Shown here in pieces: positions 9,167-18,568 of a stretch of DNA of 64,000 bases; the stretch's first letter is position 1, and each line of letters opens with the position of its first letter. Under the pieces are notes generated by a model. That model saw nothing but the letters and a program-made list of their open reading frames with translations, did no database searches and had not been told where the DNA came from. The translations under genes were made by a program, and so were the position numbers. Where the stretch lies: sequence record phage_1, one strand, 5' to 3'.

Positions 9167-10090
9167 ATGGACAGCTTTCTTTTTGATTTGGCAGAATCGG
9201 TAAATGTAGATGTAATCGGTATGCGCGAATCCCCGAGTAATTTCTTAAACGGTCTTACTAAAATCGACGAACGTGTGAAATCCAGAAGTGGAGATCCCGC
9301 CATCATCGAGCAATACGCAATAGCCCATTGTGGCGAGATAGGCCAGCACTTTATACCGATTGAGGCGTTCCTAAAGAACTGCTTCGCCGAAGAATGCACC
9401 GCAGACTTCCTGTCTCTTGCCTACGGCTGGCGATACGGGGGTATCCAAATGGAATTTGATCTTAATATTTTTGAACAAGTTCTACTTGGCGACGTTCTCA
9501 CTGAGATACCACGCAGCTGGATAGACAAGATTCCCGGTTGGGCCGTCTCCTTTTCAGTGTGCTATCGCGCTAAAGATATCGGTATCCAAGAAAAGACTTA
9601 CGTTTTCGGTCGGCGAATGTTTAAAGGGAAAGATTGTTTAACAATGATGATTTTTGGAAAACGTATCGAGGGGGAAACCTTTGAAATCGTGGACGTGGGT
9701 GACGGCTTTGTATCCTTGCGTGTGGCGGAAACTGGTACGCCGGCCAATGAGAAAACGTTACGCATTGTCGGCGCTACCATGTTTACATTCTCACTGATCC
9801 CGCACAACCCTACACCCGTCAAACTGAGACAATTAACTGGAAAGAAACGTATCGCCAATTACCACATTGAACCAAAATCTAAACCGACTGTCCTCTCCAC
9901 CGTAAAAGCACAAAGCGAGTATCTTGAAGAATTTGATACTGATACGGAGAAAAGAACACAAGGTAGCAGATGTGCGCATATGCGTCGTGCACACTGGTGT
10001 ACTTACTGGCTCGGTCCACGTGACGGGAATCGGACAAAGATTTTGAAATGGATACCGCCGACATTTGTCAACGGTTCTAAATGCAAATAA
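9167..10090 (+). CDS. Hypothetical protein, 307 aa, C-terminal HxRRxHW motif
   Basis: AAGGAG SD; C-terminal AHMRRAHWCTYWLGP...LKWIPPTFVNG. Confidence 0.75.
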   Translation: MDSFLFDLAESVNVDVIGMRESPSNFLNGLTKIDERVKSRSGDPAIIEQYAIAHCGEIGQHFIPIEAFLKNCFAEECTADFLSLAYGWRYGGIQMEFDLNIFEQVLLGDVLTEIPRSWIDKIPGWAVSFSVCYRAKDIGIQEKTYVFGRRMFKGKDCLTMMIFGKRIEGETFEIVDVGDGFVSLRVAETGTPANEKTLRIVGATMFTFSLIPHNPTPVKLRQLTGKKRIANYHIEPKSKPTVLSTVKAQSEYLEEFDTDTEKRTQGSRCAHMRRAHWCTYWLGPRDGNRTKILKWIPPTFVNGSKCK

Positions 10091-10149
10091 AATAAAGCCT
10101 ACCCACTCCCGTAAGGGGAGTGGGTACTGCTTACTTNNTNTTTATTTTT
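10088..10149. terminator. Bidirectional intrinsic terminator
   Basis: TACCCACTCCC-gtaag-GGGAGTGGGTA with flanking A- and T-tracts between convergent genes; close relative of the 266-319 element. Confidence 0.85.
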
Positions 10150-10897
10150 TGTTTGCTTTCAGGGTCTTGAGGCGATCACCGGTTACGTTCAGACATTCTG
10201 TCAGTTCATTAATCTGTTTCATAAACAGTCCGAACAGCTCAACCCAGTCAGCACCCATGTCAGCCATTTTCACTAACTCTGCCGCCACATTAGGATGGAC
10301 TTGTGAATTAGAGATAATGTCTACAGAGACGTTGATGCTTTCAACTGTACGGTCAATACCTTTCTGGAGTTTCTTAGTCACTTCCAGGTTCAGCGCTTTG
10401 GCACGATTAAACGCAACGTCAATCTCACCTGCACTGTGGTAGGTCTTTTCAATCGCACGCTGGTCGATCACATTGTTGGTGTACGACTTCGCCAGTTTTT
10501 CAACCAGGTCTTTCGGATTGATGTTTTTCAGTGGATAGTTCAGGTCTTTGAACTTAAACCNAATCGNNNGAGTTAACATGCCCNGGTCGTGTGTCATCGC
10601 GCCGAAACGTTTGTCGATGGGACTTAAAACCCCTTCCTGAATCTTCTGGAGCACAGCCCATACAGATTCCAACCGTTCTATGTGGTCCATCACATACGTG
10701 TTGAAGCCCGGTGGTACGGGTACAAGCATTCCGGTAAAGTTTAAAAACTTCTCTTGCTGCATCCACTTGGACACATCAGACATGTCGTCATAGGTGGTCA
10801 GCGCGAGTTCCTGTTGAGAGCCGCTGAAGGCTTTAGGCAGAATCGTGGATGCTTTGGCAACAAAGCCCGACAACGCTGCAAGTGGATTAACATTCAT
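10142..10897 (-). CDS. Putative virion head protein, 251 aa (SPN3US gp214-like by synteny)
   Basis: Solitary minus-strand helical ORF upstream of the recombinase, as in phiKZ-like genomes. Confidence 0.55.
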   Translation of the reverse strand: MNVNPLAALSGFVAKASTILPKAFSGSQQELALTTYDDMSDVSKWMQQEKFLNFTGMLVPVPPGFNTYVMDHIERLESVWAVLQKIQEGVLSPIDKRFGAMTHDXGMLTXXIXFKFKDLNYPLKNINPKDLVEKLAKSYTNNVIDQRAIEKTYHSAGEIDVAFNRAKALNLEVTKKLQKGIDRTVESINVSVDIISNSQVHPNVAAELVKMADMGADWVELFGLFMKQINELTECLNVTGDRLKTLKANKK

Positions 10898-10995
10898 TCT
10901 ATCAACCTCGAATATATAAGGGATTGGGCTACATAGTAAGTCTTTTACGTATCACCCAAACCTTATGTACGAGAACTGCAAAAAGGTAACACCTG

Positions 10996-11295
10996 ATGAA
11001 AATCAAATTACTGACTCGTGCTTTAACCTCTCGTATCGAACCTGAGATTTACACCACCCCGACGAAGAAGAATACCGATGGTAGTCCGATCGTGGTTGGT
11101 AAAATCCTGAACGTGACCACACGTGCTGATGGTCAACGCGTTCTGGAAATCGAAATCGACGAACGTAACCGTAACCGCTTCAAAAGCATTTCTAACATCA
11201 ATCCTAAGGATGACAACCAAGTCACCGAGTGGGCAGAAGTGCATTTCGAAGTTTGGCATAAACGTCGTCTGTTACTCCCACTGAAAAAACGCTAA
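10996..11295 (+). CDS. Hypothetical basic protein, 99 aa
   Basis: AAGG SD; first gene of the recombinase transcript. Confidence 0.7.
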   Translation: MKIKLLTRALTSRIEPEIYTTPTKKNTDGSPIVVGKILNVTTRADGQRVLEIEIDERNRNRFKSISNINPKDDNQVTEWAEVHFEVWHKRRLLLPLKKR

Positions 11296-11310
11296 TTGAC
11301 GGNGCGNTAA

Positions 11311-12804
11311 ATGGCAGGTCCAGCTAAACAAGTCATGGGTGAAGTGATTCGCCCTCGTTTTAACGTATATACCATCATGGACCACGCTCTCGGTAACTAC
11401 GAGCGCGGGGAAGATGGTTTGTACTACCTCAACGGTGGTTTTGCCCACATCATGGGCTTCGCAGGTCGTGGGAATACCTTTAAGTCTACCTTATTGGACT
11501 TCTGTATTTTCATGATTCTGCAACGTTATAATGCAGCCTGGGGATCGAAATACGATACCGAAGTTACGGCAGCATTAAGTCGTCTGGAAACGGGGTACAT
11601 TTCCGCAGCGAAAGCAAACGGATTAGAAGTATCGCCAACAGGCGGCGTGCTGGACCTGATCCACGAAGGTCGTTACAACATGGTTGGCTCGGATATCATG
11701 GCGGGTGAGGAGTATTACTCTGCTTATATCCGTGACGAAGTCGAAAAACGTTTCAAAGAGTATATGGCTGGTAAGGCACGTGAAACACCGTTCCCGGACC
11801 CAATCCGTCGCTCTGCGAAAAAGATTCTCGACCCGTGGTTGTACTCGATTGACTCCCTGTCCGAATGGCACACCTCTTCCCTGGAAGAGAAACACGCCAA
11901 ATCAGAAGTCGGTGATTCTGAACAGAACATCCTGAACGCCCACGATGCGCTGCAGAAATCGAACATGATGAGCCGTTGGCCGTCTGCGTTTGCGCGTGGT
12001 GGTTTCTATATGGGCTTCGTTGCTCAGTTGGCCGACGATGCGGGNAAAGCAATGGCGGCAGGTGGCCGGGGTGGACCGAAGGCGAACGGTAAACTGTTGG
12101 ACGATGCAGGCGATGATCTGAAGTTTGCGGGTATCCCGCGCCGTCAGTTGTCGTTCTTAACTAACTCCCTGCTGGTTGCAACCAAGTCTGGTGAGTTGAA
12201 GCAGGATCAGACTTACAACGCGAAGACCGGTGTAAACGAAGAGAAATACCCGACTGCGCGTTCGAAAGCAATGAATGCTTCGGTGAACGACCTGAAAGAA
12301 ATTGTTTTCACGCAGTACCGTGCGAAGGGTGGTCACACAGGCGTTAAGTTCAAAATGGTCTTCTCGCAGGAGATGGGTCTGCTTTATCACCTCTCTCTGT
12401 GGCATTACCTGAGCGACACACTGAAAGATGAATGGGGCTACAAACGTAGTGGTGCTAACTATACCCTCGATTTGCTACCTGGTACATCTTTCATGCGTAC
12501 CACGATTCGCGACATGTGTGACAGCAACCCGCGTTTGCGCCGTGCGTTGGAAATCACCGCCGCACTAGCGTACATGCAGAATAACTACCACCGACTGGAA
12601 ATGAAGTACCATCTCTCACCGGCGGAGCTTTATAAAGTTATCGACGAAAAGTGGGACTGGAATGAAATTCTGGACAATACAGTGGAATACTGGATGTTCA
12701 AGGATCAGGAAGTCAAAGGTGGTAAGCGTTGCTTAACAGCAATGTCATTACTGGCGATGGCCGTGGATGGTCTGGAACCTAAGTTCTTGACTAAGAAGAA
12801 ATAA
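11311..12804 (+). CDS. RecA/UvsX-like recombinase ATPase
   Basis: Walker A GRGNTFKST, YDTE motif, Walker B WLYSIDSLSE; size typical of phiKZ-like UvsX. Confidence 0.8.
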   Translation: MAGPAKQVMGEVIRPRFNVYTIMDHALGNYERGEDGLYYLNGGFAHIMGFAGRGNTFKSTLLDFCIFMILQRYNAAWGSKYDTEVTAALSRLETGYISAAKANGLEVSPTGGVLDLIHEGRYNMVGSDIMAGEEYYSAYIRDEVEKRFKEYMAGKARETPFPDPIRRSAKKILDPWLYSIDSLSEWHTSSLEEKHAKSEVGDSEQNILNAHDALQKSNMMSRWPSAFARGGFYMGFVAQLADDAXKAMAAGGRGGPKANGKLLDDAGDDLKFAGIPRRQLSFLTNSLLVATKSGELKQDQTYNAKTGVNEEKYPTARSKAMNASVNDLKEIVFTQYRAKGGHTGVKFKMVFSQEMGLLYHLSLWHYLSDTLKDEWGYKRSGANYTLDLLPGTSFMRTTIRDMCDSNPRLRRALEITAALAYMQNNYHRLEMKYHLSPAELYKVIDEKWDWNEILDNTVEYWMFKDQEVKGGKRCLTAMSLLAMAVDGLEPKFLTKKK

Positions 12805-12808
12805 GCAT

Positions 12809-12833
12809 GGGCGGGGCAACCCGCCTGTTTTTT
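12809..12833 (+). terminator. Intrinsic terminator
   Basis: GGCGGG-GCAA-CCCGCC (GNRA loop) plus TTTTTT. Confidence 0.8.
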
Positions 12834-12849
12834 CCCCTNAGGATTAGCG

Positions 12850-13125
12850 ATGCGTTATCAGAAAGATATTGTAGAGCGTCTGTGTCTGGGTCTCGCTGGT
12901 ATTAGCCAGGAACTTAGCACCGCGTTCCATAACGAGTTCTCAGCACCGCGACATGCACTGTCTGAATTTAGTCATCAGGTAAATGCCCATTACGGCAACC
13001 TGATTAATGATAAACCGAAGGTTGATGCGGTCGGTGTGCCTGAACACAATGAAGATATCCCGTACTGGATTGAAGACCTGGAACGTGTGGTTCTTCCAGT
13101 GCTCCGTGAGAGGATGAAAAAATGA
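12850..13125 (+). CDS. Hypothetical protein, 91 aa
   Basis: ORF coupled to the RNAP beta-C gene by an ATGA overlap. Confidence 0.7.
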   Translation: MRYQKDIVERLCLGLAGISQELSTAFHNEFSAPRHALSEFSHQVNAHYGNLINDKPKVDAVGVPEHNEDIPYWIEDLERVVLPVLRERMKK

Positions 13126-13790
13126 GATTAGACCCGGCACGGCGAAAAAAAGCAGAAGCTTATGCTTTACAGTTACTGAACTTAGTTGACCCGACCGGGA
13201 TTAACGCGGAAGCTGCCAAGCGCGCTTTCTCACGAATGTCTGACGAAGAGTTCAATCGTCTGCGCGAAGGGTTGCCTGTTTACAACCCAACTGGTGNCAA
13301 GGTCAAAATTGACCATATGCGCAATATTAAAATTTGCGAAGCGATGGGACTGAACTTGTGTCAGCGCCTGTGGCTCACGGAACCGAAAACCGGTATCCTG
13401 CAGCGTACCCGTTACCCCCATTTAGTCTTCCGCCTGCCTGCACGTCGCCAGACGCAGATGCAAGAGAAGAAAATGGCGGTGGCGAAGAACGATAAAGTCC
13501 GCGATAAACTCTCAGGTCAGGTAGTAGGGCCTTCCAAAGCTTCGGGTGTTTCGTTTCCAGAAGCGTACATCATGTACTCGGATGGACACGACTCAACGCT
13601 CCAGGAGTTCCTGTGGGCGCGTGGTGGTAACGATACGTTACAACGTGCGTTCTATCAATCGCTACGGCAAACCGGTAAAGGTCGCATCAACCTGGAAGGG
13701 GCTGAGCGTACCAGTTCAAAAGCGCCGCGTACATGGTCTTCGTACTTTAAAGCAATGCACATCGGTAACAACTTAGGACGCCCGGAATGA
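13122..13790 (+). CDS. Virion RNA polymerase, beta C-terminal subunit
   Basis: ASGVSFPEAYIMYSDGHDSTLQEFLWARGG aligns with RpoB region I ([30 protein letters not shown]); YLFRL-like HLVFRLPARRQ. Completes the 1401-aa beta-N subunit. Confidence 0.8.
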   Translation: MRLDPARRKKAEAYALQLLNLVDPTGINAEAAKRAFSRMSDEEFNRLREGLPVYNPTGXKVKIDHMRNIKICEAMGLNLCQRLWLTEPKTGILQRTRYPHLVFRLPARRQTQMQEKKMAVAKNDKVRDKLSGQVVGPSKASGVSFPEAYIMYSDGHDSTLQEFLWARGGNDTLQRAFYQSLRQTGKGRINLEGAERTSSKAPRTWSSYFKAMHIGNNLGRPE

Positions 13791-14515
13791 GATTAGGACG
13801 CCGTTTCTTAGTCGATATCGACACAATCTTCGATACACGAATTGGTTGGGCGAAAGTGTTGCAGCCTGATGTATTAGAGAAGCTTGATTTAGAAGTGTAT
13901 CGGATGCGGTTCACGGATGCGTGGGCCGAAGTGGTAGGAATTCAGGACTGGAATAAAAAGTTCGCGGAGCGTGATAAACGCGCGTTGCAGAACGCGCAGC
14001 CAACAGAAATGTTGCTTACGCTAAAGAACGAAGTACAGGCAATGTTAATGACGATACAGATGCACGCTCCTATCGAGCGACCAGTCTTAACGTTTAACCT
14101 GTGGCCGTACGCCGATCTCGATGATGAAGAACGTCATGCGTTTTTGGAAGAACTGCGTTACTACTATAACGAAGTGCAAGTAGACGTCGTTGTTATTCCT
14201 CACAGCGATCTTACACCAGGACGACTTGCTTCGGCGTGGGACGGTTGGATAATGTACGACTGGTACCCGTGGATAGAACAACACGCGGGCCATTTCCAGA
14301 AACCGATTCCGGACTTCACTATTACCCGACCGAGTATGCTGACCAGCGAATTAACGGAAGAAGCCATCGCGCAAATAAAAAGAGATAAGGTGAACCCCTT
14401 TAAGGAGTCCACCCGTTTTCTTGCTCAGTACGTCGGTACTGACGTAAAGGACACTGCGCTGTTTAGTCTTCGTCGTCATCAGCAGGACGACGACTCGCAA
14501 ACGCAGACGCCATGA
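13787..14515 (+). CDS. Conserved hypothetical protein, 242 aa, HAD-like N-terminus
   Basis: FLVDIDTIFD resembles the HAD DxD motif; ATGA coupling with the upstream gene. Confidence 0.6.
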   Translation: MRLGRRFLVDIDTIFDTRIGWAKVLQPDVLEKLDLEVYRMRFTDAWAEVVGIQDWNKKFAERDKRALQNAQPTEMLLTLKNEVQAMLMTIQMHAPIERPVLTFNLWPYADLDDEERHAFLEELRYYYNEVQVDVVVIPHSDLTPGRLASAWDGWIMYDWYPWIEQHAGHFQKPIPDFTITRPSMLTSELTEEAIAQIKRDKVNPFKESTRFLAQYVGTDVKDTALFSLRRHQQDDDSQTQTP

Positions 14516-14933
14516 TCTGGTCAACGTCAATCTTTTCGCCTACTGGTGCCAACTCACCTTCTTTCGGAGGCCGTACTGCGGCAATCTGTGGGACGGTGGG
14601 TTGGTATCCGTTATTTAAATCTTCTTCATCGTCGTGACGTTTGATACCAACGCCAGCACGGGTCATTAAGAAGCCGTTTAAACTGTTGGCCAAATNTTGA
14701 GTCGCCTCAGCGCCTTTCNCAGCAGCTTTAATTTTCCGCTTCGTCATGACCTGTTTGTCGATGCCGTTGATTAGGCGTTCGATTCGGTCGACGGCTTTTA
14801 AGTCTTTGTGTACTTCACCGTCGTTCACCATATCCGTGACGAGCTTAACGCGTAGCTGTTGTGTTTGGCGGAGAAGCGAATCTTCGTTGTCCACATCTCC
14901 GTCGAACGCTTGGTATTTCACTTCTTCGCTCAT
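14463..14933 (-). CDS. Hypothetical protein, 156 aa
   Basis: GAGG SD; acidic termini; 53-nt convergent overlap with the preceding gene. Confidence 0.7.
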   Translation of the reverse strand: MSEEVKYQAFDGDVDNEDSLLRQTQQLRVKLVTDMVNDGEVHKDLKAVDRIERLINGIDKQVMTKRKIKAAXKGAEATQXLANSLNGFLMTRAGVGIKRHDDEEDLNNGYQPTVPQIAAVRPPKEGELAPVGEKIDVDQIMASAFASRRPADDDED

Positions 14934-14950
14934 GGGATAACCTCATCTCA

Positions 14951-14976
14951 AAAAGAACTCAGACAGATATTATCTA
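14951..14976 (+). promoter_or_regulatory. Putative phage promoter/operator motif, copy 2 (AAAAGAACTCAGACAGATATTATCTA)
   Basis: In a divergent intergenic gap; shares AAAAGAACT with copy 3 and AGATATTATCTA with copy 1. Confidence 0.6.
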
Positions 14977-15009
14977 TCCGAGACAACATCTCATAATAGG
15001 ATAACACCT

Positions 15010-15540
15010 ATGCTTTTTAAATGGCTTTCAACACTCCTGCGTCGTAAGGCTGTAGAAGCTCGCAGACGCTCTTTGGAGGCTGAGTTTCATAAGAATACCC
15101 ATAACACCCTACACAGAGTGATGGTGGGCTTAGAACTCATTACAGAGCCTCTGGAATATAATGGGAAAGAATACCTTCCTTTTTCATTGCGTGGACAACT
15201 CGAATTACGTATTCGAGATTTTGACACGTTGGTGGAGCGATTGGAATTCTTCATTTCTGAGTATAACCGTGTATCCAGTAGCAACATTCCCAATCAACGT
15301 TGGTTAGAGTTGCCTGAGGCAATCGATAGAAAAGGAGAGAGTTCAGAACCACGATGGCTTGATCATTATTTCGGTGCATCCGATCCTGAAGTCGCGCGCG
15401 AAAAACTGCGCACAGTCTTCGCTATGTTAGAACTGTATCAGCGTGCATTTGATAAACAAACACCCGAACAGGATACGCTGTTTAATCAAACCGCACATAT
15501 CTTCCGCGAGTTAGAAGTGATAGTGGAACACTATCTCTAA
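15010..15540 (+). CDS. Hypothetical protein, 176 aa
   Basis: AGGA SD; clean ORF. Confidence 0.7.
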   Translation: MLFKWLSTLLRRKAVEARRRSLEAEFHKNTHNTLHRVMVGLELITEPLEYNGKEYLPFSLRGQLELRIRDFDTLVERLEFFISEYNRVSSSNIPNQRWLELPEAIDRKGESSEPRWLDHYFGASDPEVAREKLRTVFAMLELYQRAFDKQTPEQDTLFNQTAHIFRELEVIVEHYL

Positions 15541-15573
15541 CTTTTAATCTATTCCCTTGTAACAAGGTGATGT

Positions 15574-16452
15574 ATGGATGATGAGAAAAAGCCGCCGCTG
15601 AATAGCACACGCGAGCAAATTTGGCACGGTACGCCACCGGCGTCAGATTCCAGCTACCCGTTAAGGAAAGCTTATTGGAATCTGGTTAAGTTGATGGGTA
15701 TTAGCGACGGGATATGGAAAGACCTTATCCGTCAACATGTCAACGACCCGGAGTATCTGAAACAGTTTCGCGACAGCAAACTGACCACGATGACCGACCG
15801 CGTTAACCGGCTGAACACCTCACTTACGGGTGGTTCGGTACGTAACCTGACAGTCGATTTTACGTGGAAACGTTTCATCGAGGGATTAGTTATCCTGGAG
15901 ATGCAAACGCTAACAGTCACCCTGCTGACTAAGCGGGGAAGCTTTGACACGAAGTGTTTTGTATTCGACAGTACGTTTGTGCGTGAGGACTTCATTAAGA
16001 ACTTACGTAATGAGAACAGGAAGAAACGTAAAGAGCGTTTCGAGCATCCTGCATCTCACGACGTTAACGAGTATGTCGCGAATATCGACCACACTATCGA
16101 ACATGTGATGAAGCACATTCTCCTGCGTTTAATCTACAAAGTTATTCGTGGGTATAAAATCGATGGTGATAAACTGGAACGGTGGACGACGAACTACGTC
16201 AACAACCCTAAGTTGTGCCCAGGCACATCATCCAAACGTGGGGACAGACGAAACAACATGAAACAGGCGATGCGTCACACCGAGGCAATCACCTGGCGTT
16301 GGTTTCTAATAATCTTACAAGCGCTGGACGTACGTGAGTTCGAAATCACTTTCAAAGTTCGTCATCGTAGTGGTAGAGAATATGAGGTCAGCGACGACGT
16401 TCCGTTAGCGACGTATAGATTCTGGAGTTCCAATGAAACTGAACAACCTTGA
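15574..16452 (+). CDS. Hypothetical protein, 292 aa, with an internal two-fold repeat
   Basis: FTWKRFIEGLVILEMQ and ITWRWFLIILQALDVR occur at equivalent positions of the two halves. Confidence 0.7.
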   Translation: MDDEKKPPLNSTREQIWHGTPPASDSSYPLRKAYWNLVKLMGISDGIWKDLIRQHVNDPEYLKQFRDSKLTTMTDRVNRLNTSLTGGSVRNLTVDFTWKRFIEGLVILEMQTLTVTLLTKRGSFDTKCFVFDSTFVREDFIKNLRNENRKKRKERFEHPASHDVNEYVANIDHTIEHVMKHILLRLIYKVIRGYKIDGDKLERWTTNYVNNPKLCPGTSSKRGDRRNNMKQAMRHTEAITWRWFLIILQALDVREFEITFKVRHRSGREYEVSDDVPLATYRFWSSNETEQP

Positions 16453-17707
16453 TGGGATTACCAACCAGATAAGCAGCACAACGGGCGCAATAGAGAACAA
16501 AGTTAACGATGTTCAAAACCGTGTCCAGTCAACGATTGGTAATGCCGAGCGCGGTATTGAAAGTGCTCAAAATTTGTACAATAACGTAACCGCCAAAGCA
16601 GGGGAAACTTTCGACAAGATCTCCAACATTGGCAACACGATAAGTGAAAAATTTGGTAACGTGTTCGGGGGCGGCGACCAAGTCACGGTAGGTGGTAAAA
16701 AGGCAGCAGGTTCAGCGGCTTCCGGAGTATCGCCGCCACAACGTGTGCCTACTTTTGCTTCCAACACGAAAGAAGCGCTGCCAGTTATCGATCCACAGAA
16801 GCGCGATGTGTCTGAACCCTTTCAGAAGGTAAACCAGGAAGGGAAAACTGCACTGAGCTATCTCTCACCGGGCGGCGCAGGTAGTCTGTTAAGTAAGGGA
16901 TGGGATACACTGACTGATCTTCGCGATAGTGCTTTAAGCGCGGTCGGGACAGATTATGCGTCAGTGAAAGCTCGCCTGGAGTCCACGATGAACATCGCGG
17001 GACAGCTTGCCAAACTACCTGGTGAGGTACAGCGTGAAATCGGTAACTACGTCGATATGGCCAATAGCGCCAAGTGGCAAGTCACCGCACTGATTGACGA
17101 TGTTACGCACACGTTTGATAGCTTTAAGGACCTGGACGACTTCTTGTCTATCGACGGGATCATTGATAGCTTTACGGGCGGGAGTGGGAATTTCTCCTCG
17201 CTGGATATCAACACCTCGTCTGCGTTGATATACGGTATGTCCACAAAGCTCAATCAATACGGTCTGCCGAATCGCATCGATCCGATGATTCAGGCTATCA
17301 CCGATCCTATTGCACAACAAGCGTTGTACGGCGAACTGATGATACAGGCTGCGGCTGCGGGCAATCTCAATTCTGTTGAGTATTACTTGCCTAAACTACA
17401 GCCAGGTCAAGGTGCTGAGATTGCAGATACTGTTATTCAGAATCTTCTGATGAACCTTAACGTTGAGCCGGGGGTGGGTTACAGCACCTACGGTCAGCGA
17501 CTGTTGACGTTGTTTAATGCGCTTAATCCAAACTGGGATATCTCTAAAACGAATCCTGGAATGGTTGAGCTTAAGCTTTACACGTACGCCAACAGTAATG
17601 CGATTCAAGCACTCCTGACCACCGAGAAACGTCCGTACGTTATCGCCGGTGGTAGTGTCCAATATCAGTCTGCCAGTACGCTGGTGCAGAGCTATTTCGC
17701 CTTGTAA
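16433..17707 (+). CDS. Putative virion structural protein, 424 aa
   Basis: N-terminal amphipathic 11-mer-like repeats and a Gly/Ser-rich linker; virion role inferred from synteny. Confidence 0.55.
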   Translation: MKLNNLDGITNQISSTTGAIENKVNDVQNRVQSTIGNAERGIESAQNLYNNVTAKAGETFDKISNIGNTISEKFGNVFGGGDQVTVGGKKAAGSAASGVSPPQRVPTFASNTKEALPVIDPQKRDVSEPFQKVNQEGKTALSYLSPGGAGSLLSKGWDTLTDLRDSALSAVGTDYASVKARLESTMNIAGQLAKLPGEVQREIGNYVDMANSAKWQVTALIDDVTHTFDSFKDLDDFLSIDGIIDSFTGGSGNFSSLDINTSSALIYGMSTKLNQYGLPNRIDPMIQAITDPIAQQALYGELMIQAAAAGNLNSVEYYLPKLQPGQGAEIADTVIQNLLMNLNVEPGVGYSTYGQRLLTLFNALNPNWDISKTNPGMVELKLYTYANSNAIQALLTTEKRPYVIAGGSVQYQSASTLVQSYFAL

Positions 17708-17716
17708 GGTACCTCT

Positions 17717-18568
17717 ATGTCGAAAGATGAAGGTAAGTTTTTGCGTAGTGCGTTGGAACGTCTACGTGTCGATGGTGCATCGGTGGATGCTTTGGCGGCT
17801 GCTTTTGGGTTTACGTTGCCCGCCTCGGTAGAAGCCACATATCCTGTTTTACGTCCCATCCTACCACCAGAAGAAAAGGAAGCCTTTGTACGCTATTTAC
17901 TGCGTATGGGTTACCAGAGTACCTTGGTGGATATCACGCCGTCTACAGACGGTCTGAATCACTTCAACATCTATTCGCAGGGGCGAACTGAGATAGGTCG
18001 GATGGCGAGTAACTTCTATGCTCGCCCTGGTGAGTATTTTGTTACCCCCCACGGACCTTTCCGGACGCTCGAAGGTTATTATCATTACCTGCGTATTCTG
18101 GATTACTTAATGCGTGAAATTNATAACCGCACTTTGGTGATGGAATTTGATATCATGNNACAGGCAGTGAACACCTGGCCTGATATTGAGAAGTTGCGTG
18201 CACTAGATGGCACCGACTGTATCCGGCTAGGTCGTAATCTGAAAGCGGAAATCTACGGAGGAACCAGTTATAAGCCCGGTTCATTTACCCCGGTTACAGA
18301 AAGCCGCTTTATCCATGCGCTGGTAAATAAACTCTTTATACTGTCGGTCGACGGGACATCGTTAGGTAATGTATTTGCAGAGATTCTGCGAGCACGTATC
18401 CCGCTTAAGCATTATTACATGATGCAAGGGCGTAAGATATTCCCAGCACACTGGGACTGGCTACCAAATCTGATTGAGATGATAGCTGAACATATCGATC
18501 CTGAGGACAGTACGTTTGATCGAACCGAACTTTTGAAGAAACTAGGAATCGATGATGGGACTATTTGA
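17717..18568 (+). CDS. NADAR/YbiA-like protein, 283 aa
   Basis: HFNIYSQGRTEIGRMASNFY...PFRTLEGYYHYLR and IRLGRNLK resemble NADAR-family motifs (SNFY...F.T.EHY, K.LGR). Confidence 0.5.
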   Translation: MSKDEGKFLRSALERLRVDGASVDALAAAFGFTLPASVEATYPVLRPILPPEEKEAFVRYLLRMGYQSTLVDITPSTDGLNHFNIYSQGRTEIGRMASNFYARPGEYFVTPHGPFRTLEGYYHYLRILDYLMREIXNRTLVMEFDIMXQAVNTWPDIEKLRALDGTDCIRLGRNLKAEIYGGTSYKPGSFTPVTESRFIHALVNKLFILSVDGTSLGNVFAEILRARIPLKHYYMMQGRKIFPAHWDWLPNLIEMIAEHIDPEDSTFDRTELLKKLGIDDGTI

